Assembly: GCA_038322045.1 (NCBI GenBank)
Contig: JBBQFP010000001.1
Coordinates: 38,409-102,408, forward strand
Reading direction: 5' to 3'
DNA: 64,000 nucleotides
Source: Actinomycetes bacterium
Lineage (GTDB): Bacteria > Actinomycetota > Actinomycetes > JBBQFP01
The notes below the pieces were generated by a model, which was not told the DNA's origin, searched no databases, and was given only the letters and a program-made list of their open reading frames with translations. Position numbers and translations under genes: made by a program. This document shows positions 1-9,471 of this stretch, piece by piece. Every line of letters starts with the position of its first letter. The stretch's first letter is position 1.

Positions 1-1192
1 GCCCGACGACGACGAGCTGGGAGACGTTGAGCCGGACGGCGAGCCGGCCGATGGCGTCGTGCTCGCGGAGGTGGTCCTCACCGAGCTCGAGCATCTCGCC
101 GAGGACGGCGACGGTGCGGCGGCCCTGGGCCATGGCCACGAGCGACTTCAGCGCGGCGCGGACCGACTCCGGGTTGGCGTTGTAGGCGTCGTTGACGACG
201 GTGAGCCCGTCCGCGCGCTCGGTGACCTCCATCCGCCACCGGCTGCGAGCCACGGAGCTCGACAGCGCCGCGGCCACGTCAGGAAGGGTCATCCCGACGG
301 ACACCGCGACCGCGGCCGCTGCCAGGGCGTTGGACACGTGGTGCTCCCCCACCAGCCCGAGCCGGACGGGCGCCGAGCCTTGGGGGGTGACGAGGTCGAA
401 CCCCGCGCGACCGTGGGAGTCGAGCCGGACGCTCTCGGCGCGGACCTGCGCCTGCGCGTTCTCGCCGAAGAAGACGACGCGGCGGGCCCGGGTGCGCGAC
501 GCCATGGCCCGCACCGCCGGGTCGTCGCCGTTGAGCACCGCCGTGCCGTCCTCGGGCAGCGCCTCGGGCAGCTCGCCCTTGGCCGCGGCGATGGCCTCCC
601 GGCTGCCGAACTCCCCGAGGTGAGCGCTACCGACGTTGAGGACGACGCCGACCTGGGGCGGGGAGATGCGGCACAGGTGCGCCACGTGGCCGATGCCCCG
701 CGCACCCATCTCGACGACGAGGAACCGGGTGGACGCGTCGGCCTGCAGCACGGTGAGGGGGACACCGAGCTCGTTGTTGTACGACCCCTGCGGCGCGACG
801 GTGGGCCCGTGCACCGCGAGCACCTGCGCGAGAAGGTCCTTCGTGCTCGTCTTGCCCGACGAGCCGGTCACCCCGACGACGGTGAGCTCGGCCAGCGAGT
901 CGAGGTGGGCGGTGGCGAGCCGGGAGACCGCGACGAGGACGTCGTCGACGACGACGCACGGCACCCCGGGCACCGGGCGGCTCACGAGGGCCGCCACCGC
1001 CCCGGCCGCGACGGCGGCGGCGGCGTGCTCGTGGCCGTCGGCGTGCTCGCCGGCGAAGGCGAGAAAGAGCCCGCCGGGACCGCTCTCGCGCGAGTCGGCG
1101 ACCACCGGACCGGTGACCCGCTCGTCGCCCGTGGCGCCCACCAGCGCCCCGCCGGTGACGGCCACGATGGCGGAGAGAGTCAGGTCGAGCAC
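1..1192 (-). CDS. murF: UDP-N-acetylmuramoyl-tripeptide--D-alanyl-D-alanine ligase (MurF), 3' end beyond window
   Basis: Minus-strand translation from GTG 1192 reads VLDLTLSAIVAVTGGALV...VVGVTGSSGKTSTKDLL...VVNDAYNANPES, with a Mur-ligase P-loop and a MurF-type C-terminal motif. There is no stop inside the window, so it is absent from the ORF track. The start overlaps the murE stop by 13 nt, in dcw order murE-murF. Confidence 0.9.
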   Translation of the reverse strand, partial: MLDLTLSAIVAVTGGALVGATGDERVTGPVVADSRESGPGGLFLAFAGEHADGHEHAAAAVAAGAVAALVSRPVPGVPCVVVDDVLVAVSRLATAHLDSLAELTVVGVTGSSGKTSTKDLLAQVLAVHGPTVAPQGSYNNELGVPLTVLQADASTRFLVVEMGARGIGHVAHLCRISPPQVGVVLNVGSAHLGEFGSREAIAAAKGELPEALPEDGTAVLNGDDPAVRAMASRTRARRVVFFGENAQAQVRAESVRLDSHGRAGFDLVTPQGSAPVRLGLVGEHHVSNALAAAAVAVSVGMTLPDVAAALSSSVARSRWRMEVTERADGLTVVNDAYNANPESVRAALKSLVAMAQGRRTVAVLGEMLELGEDHLREHDAIGRLAVRLNVSQLVVVG

Positions 1193-2739
1193 GTGGAGCT
1201 CCTCGTCTGGATCGCCGACCGCAGCACCTCGCGGTCGTCGAAGGGGCGCACGACCCCCTCGACCTCTTGACCTTGCTCGTGGCCCTTGCCTGCGACGACG
1301 ACGGTGTCGCCCGCGCCGGCGCGTTGGACCGCGGTGGCGATGGCTCTCGCGCGGTTGCCCTCGACGACGACCTCCCCGTGACCGCCGTCCGCGCCGCGGG
1401 CCAGCGCGTCGAGGATCTCGTGCGGCTCCTCGCTGCGCGGGTTGTCGTCGGTGAGGATGACGACGTCGGCGCCTGCTGCGGCGGCGGCCCCCATCAACGG
1501 CCGCTTGTCGCGGTCGCGGTCGCCGCCGGCACCGACGACGAGGAACACCTGGCCCGTCGTCAGCGCGCGCACCGTGCCCAGCAGCGTCGCCAGGGCGTCC
1601 GGGGTGTGGGCGTAGTCGACGAGGGCGAGGAACGGCTGCCCGGCGTCGATGCGCTCCATCCGTCCGGGGACGCCGGCGCACGACGAGACCCCTGCGGCAG
1701 CCTGCTCGAGCGGGACGCCGCCGCGGACGAGCGTGACGACCGCGAGCGCGGCGTTCGCGACGTTGAACTCCCCCGGCAGCTCGATGGCCACCTCCGCGCG
1801 CTGGTGGTCCGGGCCGTGGAGGAGGAACCGGCTGCCCGCGGCTCCGAGGACGACGTCCTCCGCCTGCCAGTCCGCCGGGTTGCCCGCACGGGACACCGTC
1901 GTCACGGGGATCGAGGCCTCGTCGGCGAGCCGCCGGCCCGCGTGGTCGTCGACGCACACCACCCCCGCAGCGGCGTAGCCGGGCGTGAACAGGCTCGCTT
2001 TGGCCTGGTAGTAGCTCTCGAGGTCGCCGTGGAAGTCGAGGTGGTCGCGTCCGAGCTGGGTGAACGCGACGACGGAGAACCGGGTGCCGGTGACCCGGTG
2101 CAGCGCCAGGGCGTGGCTGGAGACCTCCATCGCCGCGCCGGTGACCCCGCCGTCGCGCATCCGGGCGAAGAGCGCCTGCAGGTCGGTGGCCTCGGGGGTC
2201 GTCCGAGCGCTAGGGACGACGTCGCCGCCGACGCGGGTCTCGACGGTGCCGATGAGCCCGGTGCGGTGCCCTGCCGCTCGGAGACCGGCCTCGAGCAGGT
2301 ACGTCGTCGTCGTCTTGCCGTTCGTGCCCGTGACGCCGAGGAGGAGCAGCGCCTCGCTGGGGCAGCCGTGGACAGCTGCGGCGACGGGTCCGAGGACGGC
2401 GCGAGGGTCCTGCGCGACGAGGAGGGGCAGGCCCGAGCCTTCGGCGCGCGCCGCTCCCCCGGCGTCGGTGAGCACGGCCACGGCCCCGCTGTCGCGCGCG
2501 GCCCCGGCGAAGTCCGCGCCGTGGAACCGGCCGCCGGGCAGCCCCGCGTAGAGGTCGCCCGCGACGACGGCTCGCGAGTCGTGCGTGACACCCGTGACGA
2601 GCGGGTCGGGTGCCGCCGTCGGTACGGGGGTCCCGGCGAGGACGGCGAGCTCGGCGAGGGGGACGCCCACGGCGGCCCCGCCGCTGCCCGGGTCTGGGCT
2701 GCGCGCGGGCCCCTCGAGGTCTCGGGGCGGCGTCGGCAC
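1180..2739 (-). CDS. murE: UDP-N-acetylmuramoyl-L-alanyl-D-glutamate--2,6-diaminopimelate ligase (MurE)
   Basis: 519-aa ORF with VTHDSRAV, a GVTGTNGKTTT P-loop and a DNPRSE (DNPR) motif typical of DAP-adding MurE. It lies between ftsI and murF. Confidence 0.95.
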   Translation of the reverse strand: MPTPPRDLEGPARSPDPGSGGAAVGVPLAELAVLAGTPVPTAAPDPLVTGVTHDSRAVVAGDLYAGLPGGRFHGADFAGAARDSGAVAVLTDAGGAARAEGSGLPLLVAQDPRAVLGPVAAAVHGCPSEALLLLGVTGTNGKTTTTYLLEAGLRAAGHRTGLIGTVETRVGGDVVPSARTTPEATDLQALFARMRDGGVTGAAMEVSSHALALHRVTGTRFSVVAFTQLGRDHLDFHGDLESYYQAKASLFTPGYAAAGVVCVDDHAGRRLADEASIPVTTVSRAGNPADWQAEDVVLGAAGSRFLLHGPDHQRAEVAIELPGEFNVANAALAVVTLVRGGVPLEQAAAGVSSCAGVPGRMERIDAGQPFLALVDYAHTPDALATLLGTVRALTTGQVFLVVGAGGDRDRDKRPLMGAAAAAGADVVILTDDNPRSEEPHEILDALARGADGGHGEVVVEGNRARAIATAVQRAGAGDTVVVAGKGHEQGQEVEGVVRPFDDREVLRSAIQTRSSTCST

Positions 2740-2749
2740 GGCTGCGAGG

Positions 2750-4642
2750 CTACCGGTCGAAGGTCAGGCGCAGGTGCGGCGCGGCCGTGCCCGTCGGGGG
2801 GACGCCGAGGCTCTTGAGGGCGAAGGACATGACGTCTTTGAACACTGGACCACCGAGCATGCCGCCGTAGTGGACCCCCTTGGGGTCCTGCAGCGTCACC
2901 GAGACGGCAAGCCGAGGGACGTCGGCCGGGGCGATCCCGATGAACGACGCCGTGTACCCGCGGTAGCAGCCGCAGGTCGGGTCCGCACGCTGCGCGGTGC
3001 CGGTCTTGCCCGCCACCCGGTAGCCGGGGATCTGGTCCTGCGGGGCCGTCCCCTCGGAGCTGACGACGCCCTCGAGCATCGCCCGGACGGCACGAGCGCT
3101 GGCGGGGCTCACGACGGTGGTGCGGGCCGGTGCCGGGGCCGGGGTGAAGACCCCGTTGGCGTCGCGCGTGCCGGCGACGAGCTGCGGGGCGACCCGGACG
3201 CCGTCGTTGGCGATGGTCGCGAACACCGACGTCGCCTGCATCGCCGTGAGCGAGAGGCCCTGGCCGAAGGCGATCGTGTACCCCTGGGTCCCCGACCAGT
3301 CCTTCGGCTGGGCCAGCAGGCCGCGGCTCTCGTAGGGGAAGTTCAGGCCGGTGGGCTGGCCGATCCCGAACTTCGTCAGGTACGAGTAGAGCCGCTCCGG
3401 CCCGATCTTGCGATAAGTGAGGATGGTGCCGATGTTGCTCGACTTCGCCAGCACGCCCGCGAACGTCAGGTGCTCGGTCGGGTGCGGCTCGCTGTCGTGG
3501 AAGGTGTGTCCGGCCAGGGAGAGCGTCGGAGGCACGGTGACCGGGCTCGCCGGGGTGACGACGCCCTCCTCGATCGCCGCAGCAGCCGTCATGATCTTGC
3601 TCGTGCTCCCGGGCTCGTAGATCTCGGTGAGAGCGCGGTTGCCCACGCTGCCGGGCGTCGCCTTGCTCGGGTGGTTGGGGTCGAACGAGGGGGCGCTGGC
3701 CATGGCGAGCACCTTGCCGGTCCGCACGTCCATGACGACGACGGTCCCGCTCGCCGCGTTGGCCTGCGCCACCCGGGTCGCGATCGCCTGCTGGGCCACC
3801 CACTGGAGGTCGCGGTCGATGGTGAGGACGACGTCCTCGCCGGCGACCGGCGGCACCTCGACGTCGATGCCCGTAGGGATCCGACGGCCGAGCCGGTCGT
3901 GCTCGAAGGTCGACTTGCCCGCCGTCCCCGAGAGCGTCGAGTCCAGCGACGACTCGAGGCCGGCCCCCGGCGTGCCGTCGGGGCGCAGGTAGCCGATGAC
4001 GTTGGACGCGAGCTCGCCGTTGGGGTAGACCCGCAGGCTCGTCTTCTCTGTGAAGATGCCCTGCAGCCCCATCGCCGTGACTCTTCGGGCAACGGCGGGG
4101 GTCACCTCGCGCGCCACGTAGGCGAACTTCCTCGTTCCCGACAGCCGACCGACGAGGACGTCGGTGGCGATGCCGAGCACCCGGGCCAGGCGCGATGCCG
4201 TGGCAGCCGGATCGGTGACGAGCGTCTGGTCGGTCGTGATGTCACGTGCGTCGAGGCTCGTCGCGAGGGGGACGCCGTCGCGGTCGAGGATCGCGCCGCG
4301 GGTCGCCGGAAGCACCACCGTGGTCATCCGCTCGGCCTGGGCCGTCGCCGCGTACGCCGAGGCGTCGATCCCCTGCAGCTGCACGAGCCGGCCGGCGAAG
4401 AGCCCGAAGACAAGCAGGACGACGACGAGCATCGCCCGCAGCCGCCGGCGCGTGTCGGCCATGCGCAGGTGACGGCGCGGGCGTCCGGGCGGGCCGTCAC
4501 GGCCGCCGGGGCCGCGGTGGCCGGGGCCGGGACGCGGCGCGACTCGCTCGGCCGGCACCGGACGACGGCGGCTGGGCGCGGGACGGTGCGCCGGCGCGCG
4601 TCCCCGGGCACCGCCGGCGCCGCTGGCCGGGCGCGAGCTCAT
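2750..4642 (-). CDS. ftsI: Class B penicillin-binding protein / peptidoglycan D,D-transpeptidase FtsI
   Basis: C-terminal 630 aa of the 1039-aa run-on ORF. ATG 4642 forms an ATGA overlap with the ftsL stop. It has an Arg-rich tail, one TM segment (LRAMLVVVLLVFGLFAG) and the transpeptidase motifs STSK, SSN and KTGT. Confidence 0.93.
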   Translation of the reverse strand: MSSRPASGAGGARGRAPAHRPAPSRRRPVPAERVAPRPGPGHRGPGGRDGPPGRPRRHLRMADTRRRLRAMLVVVLLVFGLFAGRLVQLQGIDASAYAATAQAERMTTVVLPATRGAILDRDGVPLATSLDARDITTDQTLVTDPAATASRLARVLGIATDVLVGRLSGTRKFAYVAREVTPAVARRVTAMGLQGIFTEKTSLRVYPNGELASNVIGYLRPDGTPGAGLESSLDSTLSGTAGKSTFEHDRLGRRIPTGIDVEVPPVAGEDVVLTIDRDLQWVAQQAIATRVAQANAASGTVVVMDVRTGKVLAMASAPSFDPNHPSKATPGSVGNRALTEIYEPGSTSKIMTAAAAIEEGVVTPASPVTVPPTLSLAGHTFHDSEPHPTEHLTFAGVLAKSSNIGTILTYRKIGPERLYSYLTKFGIGQPTGLNFPYESRGLLAQPKDWSGTQGYTIAFGQGLSLTAMQATSVFATIANDGVRVAPQLVAGTRDANGVFTPAPAPARTTVVSPASARAVRAMLEGVVSSEGTAPQDQIPGYRVAGKTGTAQRADPTCGCYRGYTASFIGIAPADVPRLAVSVTLQDPKGVHYGGMLGGPVFKDVMSFALKSLGVPPTGTAAPHLRLTFDR

Positions 4643-5214
4643 CGGGCCACCGTTGCGGCGGAGGCGCGCGGCTTGGGGGCCGGTTTGGTGGTGGGCCTGG
4701 CAGTGGCGGGCTTGGGGGCCGCAGCGGCCGCGGTGCTCCCTGGCGCCGGTGACGGCGCCGGCACCGGCCGGGCCTTGGCGGGGCTGGGCACGCCGAGGAC
4801 GCGTCCGTCGGAGAGCCGCAGGAACGCCGGCGACCCCCCGGGGACCATGCCGAGCGCCTCCGCGCGGCCGGCGAGCCGGGCCGGCGAGGCCTCGACGGCG
4901 AGGACCCGCTCGAGCGCCTCCTGCTGGTCGGCGAGCACCACGGAGCGCGCGGTGAGGTCGTGCATCTGGAACGAGCTCTCGGCCAGGACGGTGTTGAGCA
5001 TGAGCAGCGTGAGCAGCCCGGCCGTGAGGAGGATCGAGACGAGGACGACGAACGGTGCACGGCGGGCCGAGGCCTGCTGGCGGGCGACGACCCGCAGGTC
5101 GGGGCGGGCCTCGGGCCGCCCCCGCCGGTCGGCGGGGGCGGTGCGCAGCGGAGCTCGCAGCGTCGACGCGCCGACGGCATCCTCCCGCAGCGACACCGCT
5201 AGGTCCTGGCTCAC
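4639..5214 (-). CDS. ftsL: FtsL-like cell division membrane protein
   Basis: 191-aa ORF. GTG 5214 overlaps the rsmH stop (GTGA). It has a single TM segment ([24 protein letters not shown]), then a helical segment and a Pro/Ala-rich tail. The rsmH-X-ftsI position is that of ftsL. Family membership is not verifiable here. Confidence 0.75.
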   Translation of the reverse strand: MSQDLAVSLREDAVGASTLRAPLRTAPADRRGRPEARPDLRVVARQQASARRAPFVVLVSILLTAGLLTLLMLNTVLAESSFQMHDLTARSVVLADQQEALERVLAVEASPARLAGRAEALGMVPGGSPAFLRLSDGRVLGVPSPAKARPVPAPSPAPGSTAAAAAPKPATARPTTKPAPKPRASAATVAR

Positions 5215-6185
5215 GCGGCCTCCTTGATGCGTTCTGCGGCGCGCAGCCGGGCTGACGCGGCGCGCGGGTTCTCGGCGATCTCCTGCTCCGAGGGCCCCTC
5301 GGCCCCGCGGGTGAGCAGGCGCAGCCGAGGGGCCATCGACTCGGGCACGACGGGCAGGCCGGGCGGGGCCTGCGTCGTCGCCTGGGCTGCGAGGACCCGC
5401 TTGACGAGCCGGTCCTCGTGCGACTGGTAGGAGAGGACGACGATGCGACCGCCGAGGCGCAGGGCCGCGACGGCCGCGGGCACCGCGACGGCGAGCGCGT
5501 CGAGCTCGCCGTTGACCTCGACCCGCAGCGCCTGGAAGGTCCGCTTGGCCGGGTGCCCGCCGGTGCGCCGGGTCGCGGCGGGGATCGAGGAGCGCACGAG
5601 CTCGGCGAGGCGGGCCGTCGAGAGGAACGGCTCCTCCACGCGCTCACGTGCGATCGCGGCGGCGATCCGCGAGGCAAAGCGCTCGTCGCCGTGCTCGCGC
5701 AGGACCCGGGCGAGCTCCCGCGGCGGGTACCCGTTGACGACGTCGGCAGCCGTGATGCCGGTTGTGGGGTCCATCCGCATGTCCAGCGGGGCGTCCTGGG
5801 AGTAGGCGAAGCCGCGCTCGGCGTCGTCGAGCTGCATGGACGAGACGCCGAGGTCGAAGAGCACAGCATCGACCCGGCGGTAGCCCAGCCGGTCGAGGAC
5901 CGCGGGGATGGCGTCGTAGACGGTGTGGACGAGCTCGACCCGGCTCGCGAAGGGGGCCAGCCGCTGCTCGGCCAGAGCCAGGGCGCGCGGGTCCCGGTCG
6001 AGCCCGACGAGGCGGACGTCGGAGAACCTCGCGAGGATCGCCTCCGCGTGACCGGCCAGCCCGAGGGTCGAGTCGACGACGACGGCGTCAGCGCGCGAGA
6101 GCGCCGGGGCGAGCAGCTCGAGGCACCGCTGGAGCATGACGGGGACGTGACGGAACGCCGGAGTCCCCGAGGCGGCCGCCGTCAC
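5211..6185 (-). CDS. rsmH: 16S rRNA (cytosine1402-N4)-methyltransferase RsmH/MraW
   Basis: Motifs [27 protein letters not shown] and [12 protein letters not shown]. The ORF is open to 6383, but codons 6383-6300 have many A/T third positions. GTG 6185 is preceded by GAGGAG-N7 and gives a typical 324-aa RsmH. The start is uncertain (6185 or up to 6383). Confidence 0.9.
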   Translation of the reverse strand: MTAAASGTPAFRHVPVMLQRCLELLAPALSRADAVVVDSTLGLAGHAEAILARFSDVRLVGLDRDPRALALAEQRLAPFASRVELVHTVYDAIPAVLDRLGYRRVDAVLFDLGVSSMQLDDAERGFAYSQDAPLDMRMDPTTGITAADVVNGYPPRELARVLREHGDERFASRIAAAIARERVEEPFLSTARLAELVRSSIPAATRRTGGHPAKRTFQALRVEVNGELDALAVAVPAAVAALRLGGRIVVLSYQSHEDRLVKRVLAAQATTQAPPGLPVVPESMAPRLRLLTRGAEGPSEQEIAENPRAASARLRAAERIKEAA

Positions 6186-6250
6186 CGGCGTGCTCCTCGG
6201 GGCTCGGCCGCGGAGGTCCGCGGCGACGGCGATCCCTGCATGTGACCCCT

Positions 6251-6300
6251 CGCTGGTGGTGCGACTGGTGGTGCGACTGCTGGTGCGGCTGGTGGTGGCA
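6251..6300. repeat. Four tandem copies of a 12-nt unit (minus strand CGCACCACCAGT-like)
   Basis: Plus strand reads cgctggtggtgcgactggtggtgcgactgctggtgcggctggtggtggca. It lies in the mraZ-rsmH spacer, or in an RsmH N-terminal extension if the 6383 start is used. Confidence 0.8.
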
Positions 6301-6349
6301 CTGCGTCCAACGCGTCGATGGAGCGATGTGGGGAACGGCCGTCCGGTCA

Positions 6350-6421
6350 GGTCTCCAACCGCGATCCGTGCCCGTCCTGGCACCGGGGAAGGTGCGCCAG
6401 GGCGGTACGCGGGTGGAGACC
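6350..6421 (-). ncRNA. Structured RNA hairpin in the mraZ-rsmH intergenic region (candidate mraW-type motif)
   Basis: Minus-strand GGUCUCCACCCGCG (6421-6408) pairs with CGCGGUUGGAGACC (6363-6350) at 13 of 14 positions, enclosing a second imperfect stem. A conserved mraW RNA motif is known at this position in Actinomycetales. I cannot confirm a match to that covariance model. Confidence 0.35.
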
Positions 6422-6452
6422 TCGCCGGAGGGACGACATCCGGGTCTCGTGC

Positions 6453-6881
6453 TCAGTGGCCCGGCCACACCTCCTCGCTGAGGTCGGCGAAGTGCTGCTC
6501 CTGCTCCTCGACGTAGGCCTCCCACGCCGCGGAGTCCCAGATCTCGACCCTGCTGTTGGCGCCGATGACTGCGCAGTCCCGCGTGAGTCCCGCGTACGAG
6601 CGCAGCCCGGACGGGACGGTGATCCGCCCCTGGCGGTCGGGTACCTGGTCGAACCCGCTCGCGTACATGACCCGGACGTAGTCGCGAGCCCCCTTGCGCG
6701 TCACGGGTGCCTGCCGCATCGCCTCGGTCATCGCGAGGAACTCGGCCTTGGGCCACACGTAGATGCAGTGCTCCTGGCCCTTGGTGAGGACGAGGCCGTC
6801 GGCGAGCTCGTCACGGAACTTCGCCGGCAGGAAGAGCCGGCCCTTCTCGTCGAGGCGCGGGGAGTGGGTACCGAGGAACAC
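6453..6881 (-). CDS. mraZ: Transcriptional regulator MraZ
   Basis: From GTG 6881 (GGAGG 7 nt upstream) the product reads [26 protein letters not shown]...[10 protein letters not shown]. These are the two MraZ/SpoVT-AbrB repeats. Length is 142 aa. Confidence 0.95.
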   Translation of the reverse strand: MFLGTHSPRLDEKGRLFLPAKFRDELADGLVLTKGQEHCIYVWPKAEFLAMTEAMRQAPVTRKGARDYVRVMYASGFDQVPDRQGRITVPSGLRSYAGLTRDCAVIGANSRVEIWDSAAWEAYVEEQEQHFADLSEEVWPGH

Positions 6882-6895
6882 CCGACACCTCCGCT

Positions 6896-6945
6896 CCCAC
6901 GACCTCCCGAGGCGCCCACGGTACCCCACTTTGCTCCACCGTCAA
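6896..6945 (-). promoter_or_regulatory. Putative dcw (mraZ) promoter overlapped by GTGGG direct repeats (MraZ-box-like)
   Basis: Minus strand has TTGACG (6945-6940), a 16-nt spacer and TACCGT (6923-6918). GTGGA/GTGGG pentamers start at 6939, 6929, 6919 and 6900; the first three have 10-bp phasing. This resembles the TGGGN repeats bound by MraZ in E. coli. Confidence 0.5.
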
Positions 6946-7009
6946 CGGTCCCGATGCCTCATTTCTGGTGCGAGGTCGCTGTCGATGCAGGTCAGGGCGG
7001 TGGTGCGAA

Positions 7010-7036
7010 GTGGAGGAAGTTCCCGACTTCCTCCAC
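7010..7036 (-). terminator. Second hairpin (11-bp stem) downstream of ppk2
   Basis: gtggaggaagt-tcccg-acttcctccac is a perfect stem in tandem with the 7049-7080 hairpin. It insulates ppk2 from the mraZ promoter region. Confidence 0.4.
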
Positions 7037-7048
7037 CCCGGGCAGGAC

Positions 7049-7080
7049 GAAGGCCCGGACGCCGTGGCGTCCGGGCCTTC
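7049..7080 (-). terminator. Perfect 14-bp GC-rich hairpin downstream of ppk2
   Basis: gaaggcccggacgc-cgtg-gcgtccgggccttc lies 39 nt after the ppk2 stop. There is no U tract, which is common in high-GC actinobacteria. Confidence 0.6.
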
Positions 7081-7118
7081 CTGGGAAGCGTTCGCCCGCC
7101 GGGGAGGCGGGTGCTGGG

Positions 7119-7994
7119 TCAGCCCTTCGCGTCGCCGTGGCTGCGCTTGGCCGACTTCTTCGAGACCTTCACGTTCCGCGGGAGCCGTGCCGCGACGTCG
7201 GGCACGTACGAGGCGAGCTCCCGCGGGGGCCGCTGGTAGTCCTGGCCGGCAGGTCGCGGCGGCAGGACGATCTTCTCCTTCTTGCCCGGGGTGTACGGGA
7301 CCGCGGAGATCAGGTGGCTGATGCAGTTGACACGGGCCGCCCGCTTGTCGTCGGCCTCGACGGTGTACCACCGGCACTCGGGGATGTCGGTGTGGACGAA
7401 CATCTCGTCCTTGGCGCGCGAGAAGTCGACCCAGCGCAGCCGGGACTCGAGGTCCATCGGGGAGAGCTTCCAGCGCCGTAGTGGGTCCTCGAGCCGGGAG
7501 CGGAACCGTCGTTCCTGCTCCTCGTCGCTCACCGAGAACCAGTACTTGATGAGGATGACGCCGTCGTGGACGAGCAGCCTCTCGAAGATGGGGCACTGCT
7601 GGAGGAAGGCGCGGTACTCATCCGGGGTGGCGAAGCCCATGACACGCTCGACGCCGGCCCGGTTGTACCAGCTGCGGTCGAACAGGACGATCTCGCCGGC
7701 GGTCGGCAGGTGGTCGACGTAGCGCTGGAAGTACCACTGCCCCTTCTCGCGCTCGGTCGGCGCCGGGAGGGCGGCGATGCGGCAGAACCGCGGGTTGAGG
7801 TACTCGGCCACCCGCTTGATCGTCCCGCCCTTCCCGGCGGCGTCACGGCCCTCGAAGATCACGACGACCCGCGCACCCGTGCGCCTGACCCAGGTCTGCA
7901 TGACGACGAGCTCGCGCTGCAGACGCAGGAGCTCGTCTTCGTACGCCTGCCTCGCAACCCTGCCCGGACCGCCCTCTTCAGCCATGGACCGCAC
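7119..7994 (-). CDS. ppk2: Polyphosphate kinase 2 (PPK2 family)
   Basis: 291-aa ORF with FEGRDAAGKGGTIKR (Walker A), a FDRSWYNRAGVE lid and SDEEQERRF. The start may be the ATG at 7985. Confidence 0.93.
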   Translation of the reverse strand: MRSMAEEGGPGRVARQAYEDELLRLQRELVVMQTWVRRTGARVVVIFEGRDAAGKGGTIKRVAEYLNPRFCRIAALPAPTEREKGQWYFQRYVDHLPTAGEIVLFDRSWYNRAGVERVMGFATPDEYRAFLQQCPIFERLLVHDGVILIKYWFSVSDEEQERRFRSRLEDPLRRWKLSPMDLESRLRWVDFSRAKDEMFVHTDIPECRWYTVEADDKRAARVNCISHLISAVPYTPGKKEKIVLPPRPAGQDYQRPPRELASYVPDVAARLPRNVKVSKKSAKRSHGDAKG

Positions 7995-8048
7995 CGTAGC
8001 CTCAGGGAGCCGATCAGCGGCAGAGGCTGGTGACGTCGGACTCGACGC

Positions 8049-8960
8049 TCAGCCGGAAGCGCCGACGAGGCGCACCTCGACCTCTCCGGCGACGACGCGG
8101 GCCTCGAGCGTGGGTGCCGGTGCCGTCGCCGGCCCGTGCACGACTGCGCCGTCCGCCAGCCGGAAGATGCTGCCGTGCCAGGGGCAGACGATGCACGCGG
8201 CCCCGCGCTCGGTGACGACGCTCCCGCCGGAGAGCGGGCCCGCGAGGTGCGAGCACTGGTCGGCGAGGACGTCGGCCCCCGCACCCCGCCGGACGACGAC
8301 GACCGGCACGCCGGCCACCTCGGCGCGGCGGGGCTCGCCGTCGGCGAAACCCGCGAGCGGCCCGACCGGGTGCCAGCCTTCGGCGATGAGGTGAGGCACC
8401 GCCTCGACGTGATTGGCTCCGAGGGCGAAGCGGTAGGCCAGATGCCCACCCATGGCGCCCCCGACCCCCACGACGAGGGCCCCGAGCACGCGCAGCCGCC
8501 GTCGGCTCCGGGCCGGGCCGATGAGGGAGGCGGCGTAGAGCAGCAGCCCCGCGGCGTTGCTCCCGGCGTGGACGAGGCCGAGCCGCTGGTGGGTCCGCTG
8601 GCCCTGCGACCAGTCCGCCCAGCCCGCGAGAGCCGTAGGGACGGCGGCGGCGATCCCGGCGAGCGTCAGCACGTCGCCGGCCCTCTCGGTCCCCGGGACG
8701 ACGGTGAGGAGGCTGGCCGACGTCAGCGAGCCGAGGGCAGCCTGCGCCAGCGACGGGTGCAACGGGTGGCCGATCGGCACGCCGTGGAGGATGTCGCGGA
8801 TCACCCCTTGCGGGAGCCGCTCCGCGACGATCCCGCTGACCTTGTCGACGAGCCCGTCGAGCGCGGGGTTCTCGGCGAGGCGGTCCAGCGGCGCGCTGAG
8901 CAGCGCGGAGGCGGAGGAGAGGGGCCCGGGGGTGCCGGGGGTGGGCGCGTTCGTCGTCAT
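8049..8960 (-). CDS. Membrane-anchored Rieske [2Fe-2S] domain protein (N-terminal DUF2231-like TM domain)
   Basis: 303-aa ORF. The C-terminus carries the Rieske ligand boxes CSHLAGPL and CPWHGS. The N-terminal half is hydrophobic with several predicted TM segments. Confidence 0.85.
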   Translation of the reverse strand: MTTNAPTPGTPGPLSSASALLSAPLDRLAENPALDGLVDKVSGIVAERLPQGVIRDILHGVPIGHPLHPSLAQAALGSLTSASLLTVVPGTERAGDVLTLAGIAAAVPTALAGWADWSQGQRTHQRLGLVHAGSNAAGLLLYAASLIGPARSRRRLRVLGALVVGVGGAMGGHLAYRFALGANHVEAVPHLIAEGWHPVGPLAGFADGEPRRAEVAGVPVVVVRRGAGADVLADQCSHLAGPLSGGSVVTERGAACIVCPWHGSIFRLADGAVVHGPATAPAPTLEARVVAGEVEVRLVGASG

Positions 8961-9046
8961 AGGGTCGCTCTACCCCTCAGCGCGGCGCGCACGCAAGGCC
9001 CGCCGTCCTGCCGTTTCCCGCGCCCGGCTGCGGGGAGAGGGCTCTC

Positions 9047-9328
9047 ATGAGCGACTCCCCCAGCGAATCCCCCAACGACTCCCCCAGCGACCCGTCAGAC
9101 GCCCCGGACGCGACCGCCGAGCCCACCACCGCCACCCCCGATGACGACGCCCGCATGGACCGACCGGTCACCGACGCGGAGATCAGCTCGGCGATGGCCG
9201 TGGACGCCCTGCCCGACCAGGTGCGTACCCACGGGTTCAACGACGAGACCGACCAGACGGTGACGAGCGCCGGCGAGCTCGCCGCCGTCGAGGGCGACCA
9301 CCTCGCGGCCACGCGCGACGAGGGGTAA
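9047..9328 (+). CDS. Hypothetical small acidic protein
   Basis: 93-aa ORF with ATG preceded by GGGGAGAGGG. Third-position GC is high throughout. It is Asp/Ser/Pro-rich and I recognise no family. Confidence 0.6.
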   Translation: MSDSPSESPNDSPSDPSDAPDATAEPTTATPDDDARMDRPVTDAEISSAMAVDALPDQVRTHGFNDETDQTVTSAGELAAVEGDHLAATRDEG

Positions 9329-9471
9329 CCCCGGCGGTCCCCTCATCGGGTGAGCGGCACGCGCTGCTGCGCGGACGTACTCTGACGCCACCACGGTCGG
9401 CACTGCGGTGCGGGTGCTCGACGCGTCAGAGGACCGCGCGCCGCGAGGCGCACCGCAGCGAGGAGCCCAGC

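Noticed and set aside
2585-5227. 880-aa plus-strand ORF, and similar giants (16166..18973 +, 1267..2817 +, 58620..60560 +, 54478..56970 +)
   Set aside because: They are antisense or off-frame to genes with unmistakable motifs (ftsI, dnaE2, murE and others). Their products are Arg/Gly/Asp/Pro-rich low-complexity strings with no motifs. These are classic high-GC shadow ORFs.
2750-5869. 1039-aa minus-strand ORF taken as one gene
   Set aside because: Only the part downstream of ATG 4642 is PBP-like. The upstream 400 codons overlap ftsL and rsmH, which are encoded in other frames, and read as Pro/Arg/Ser junk.
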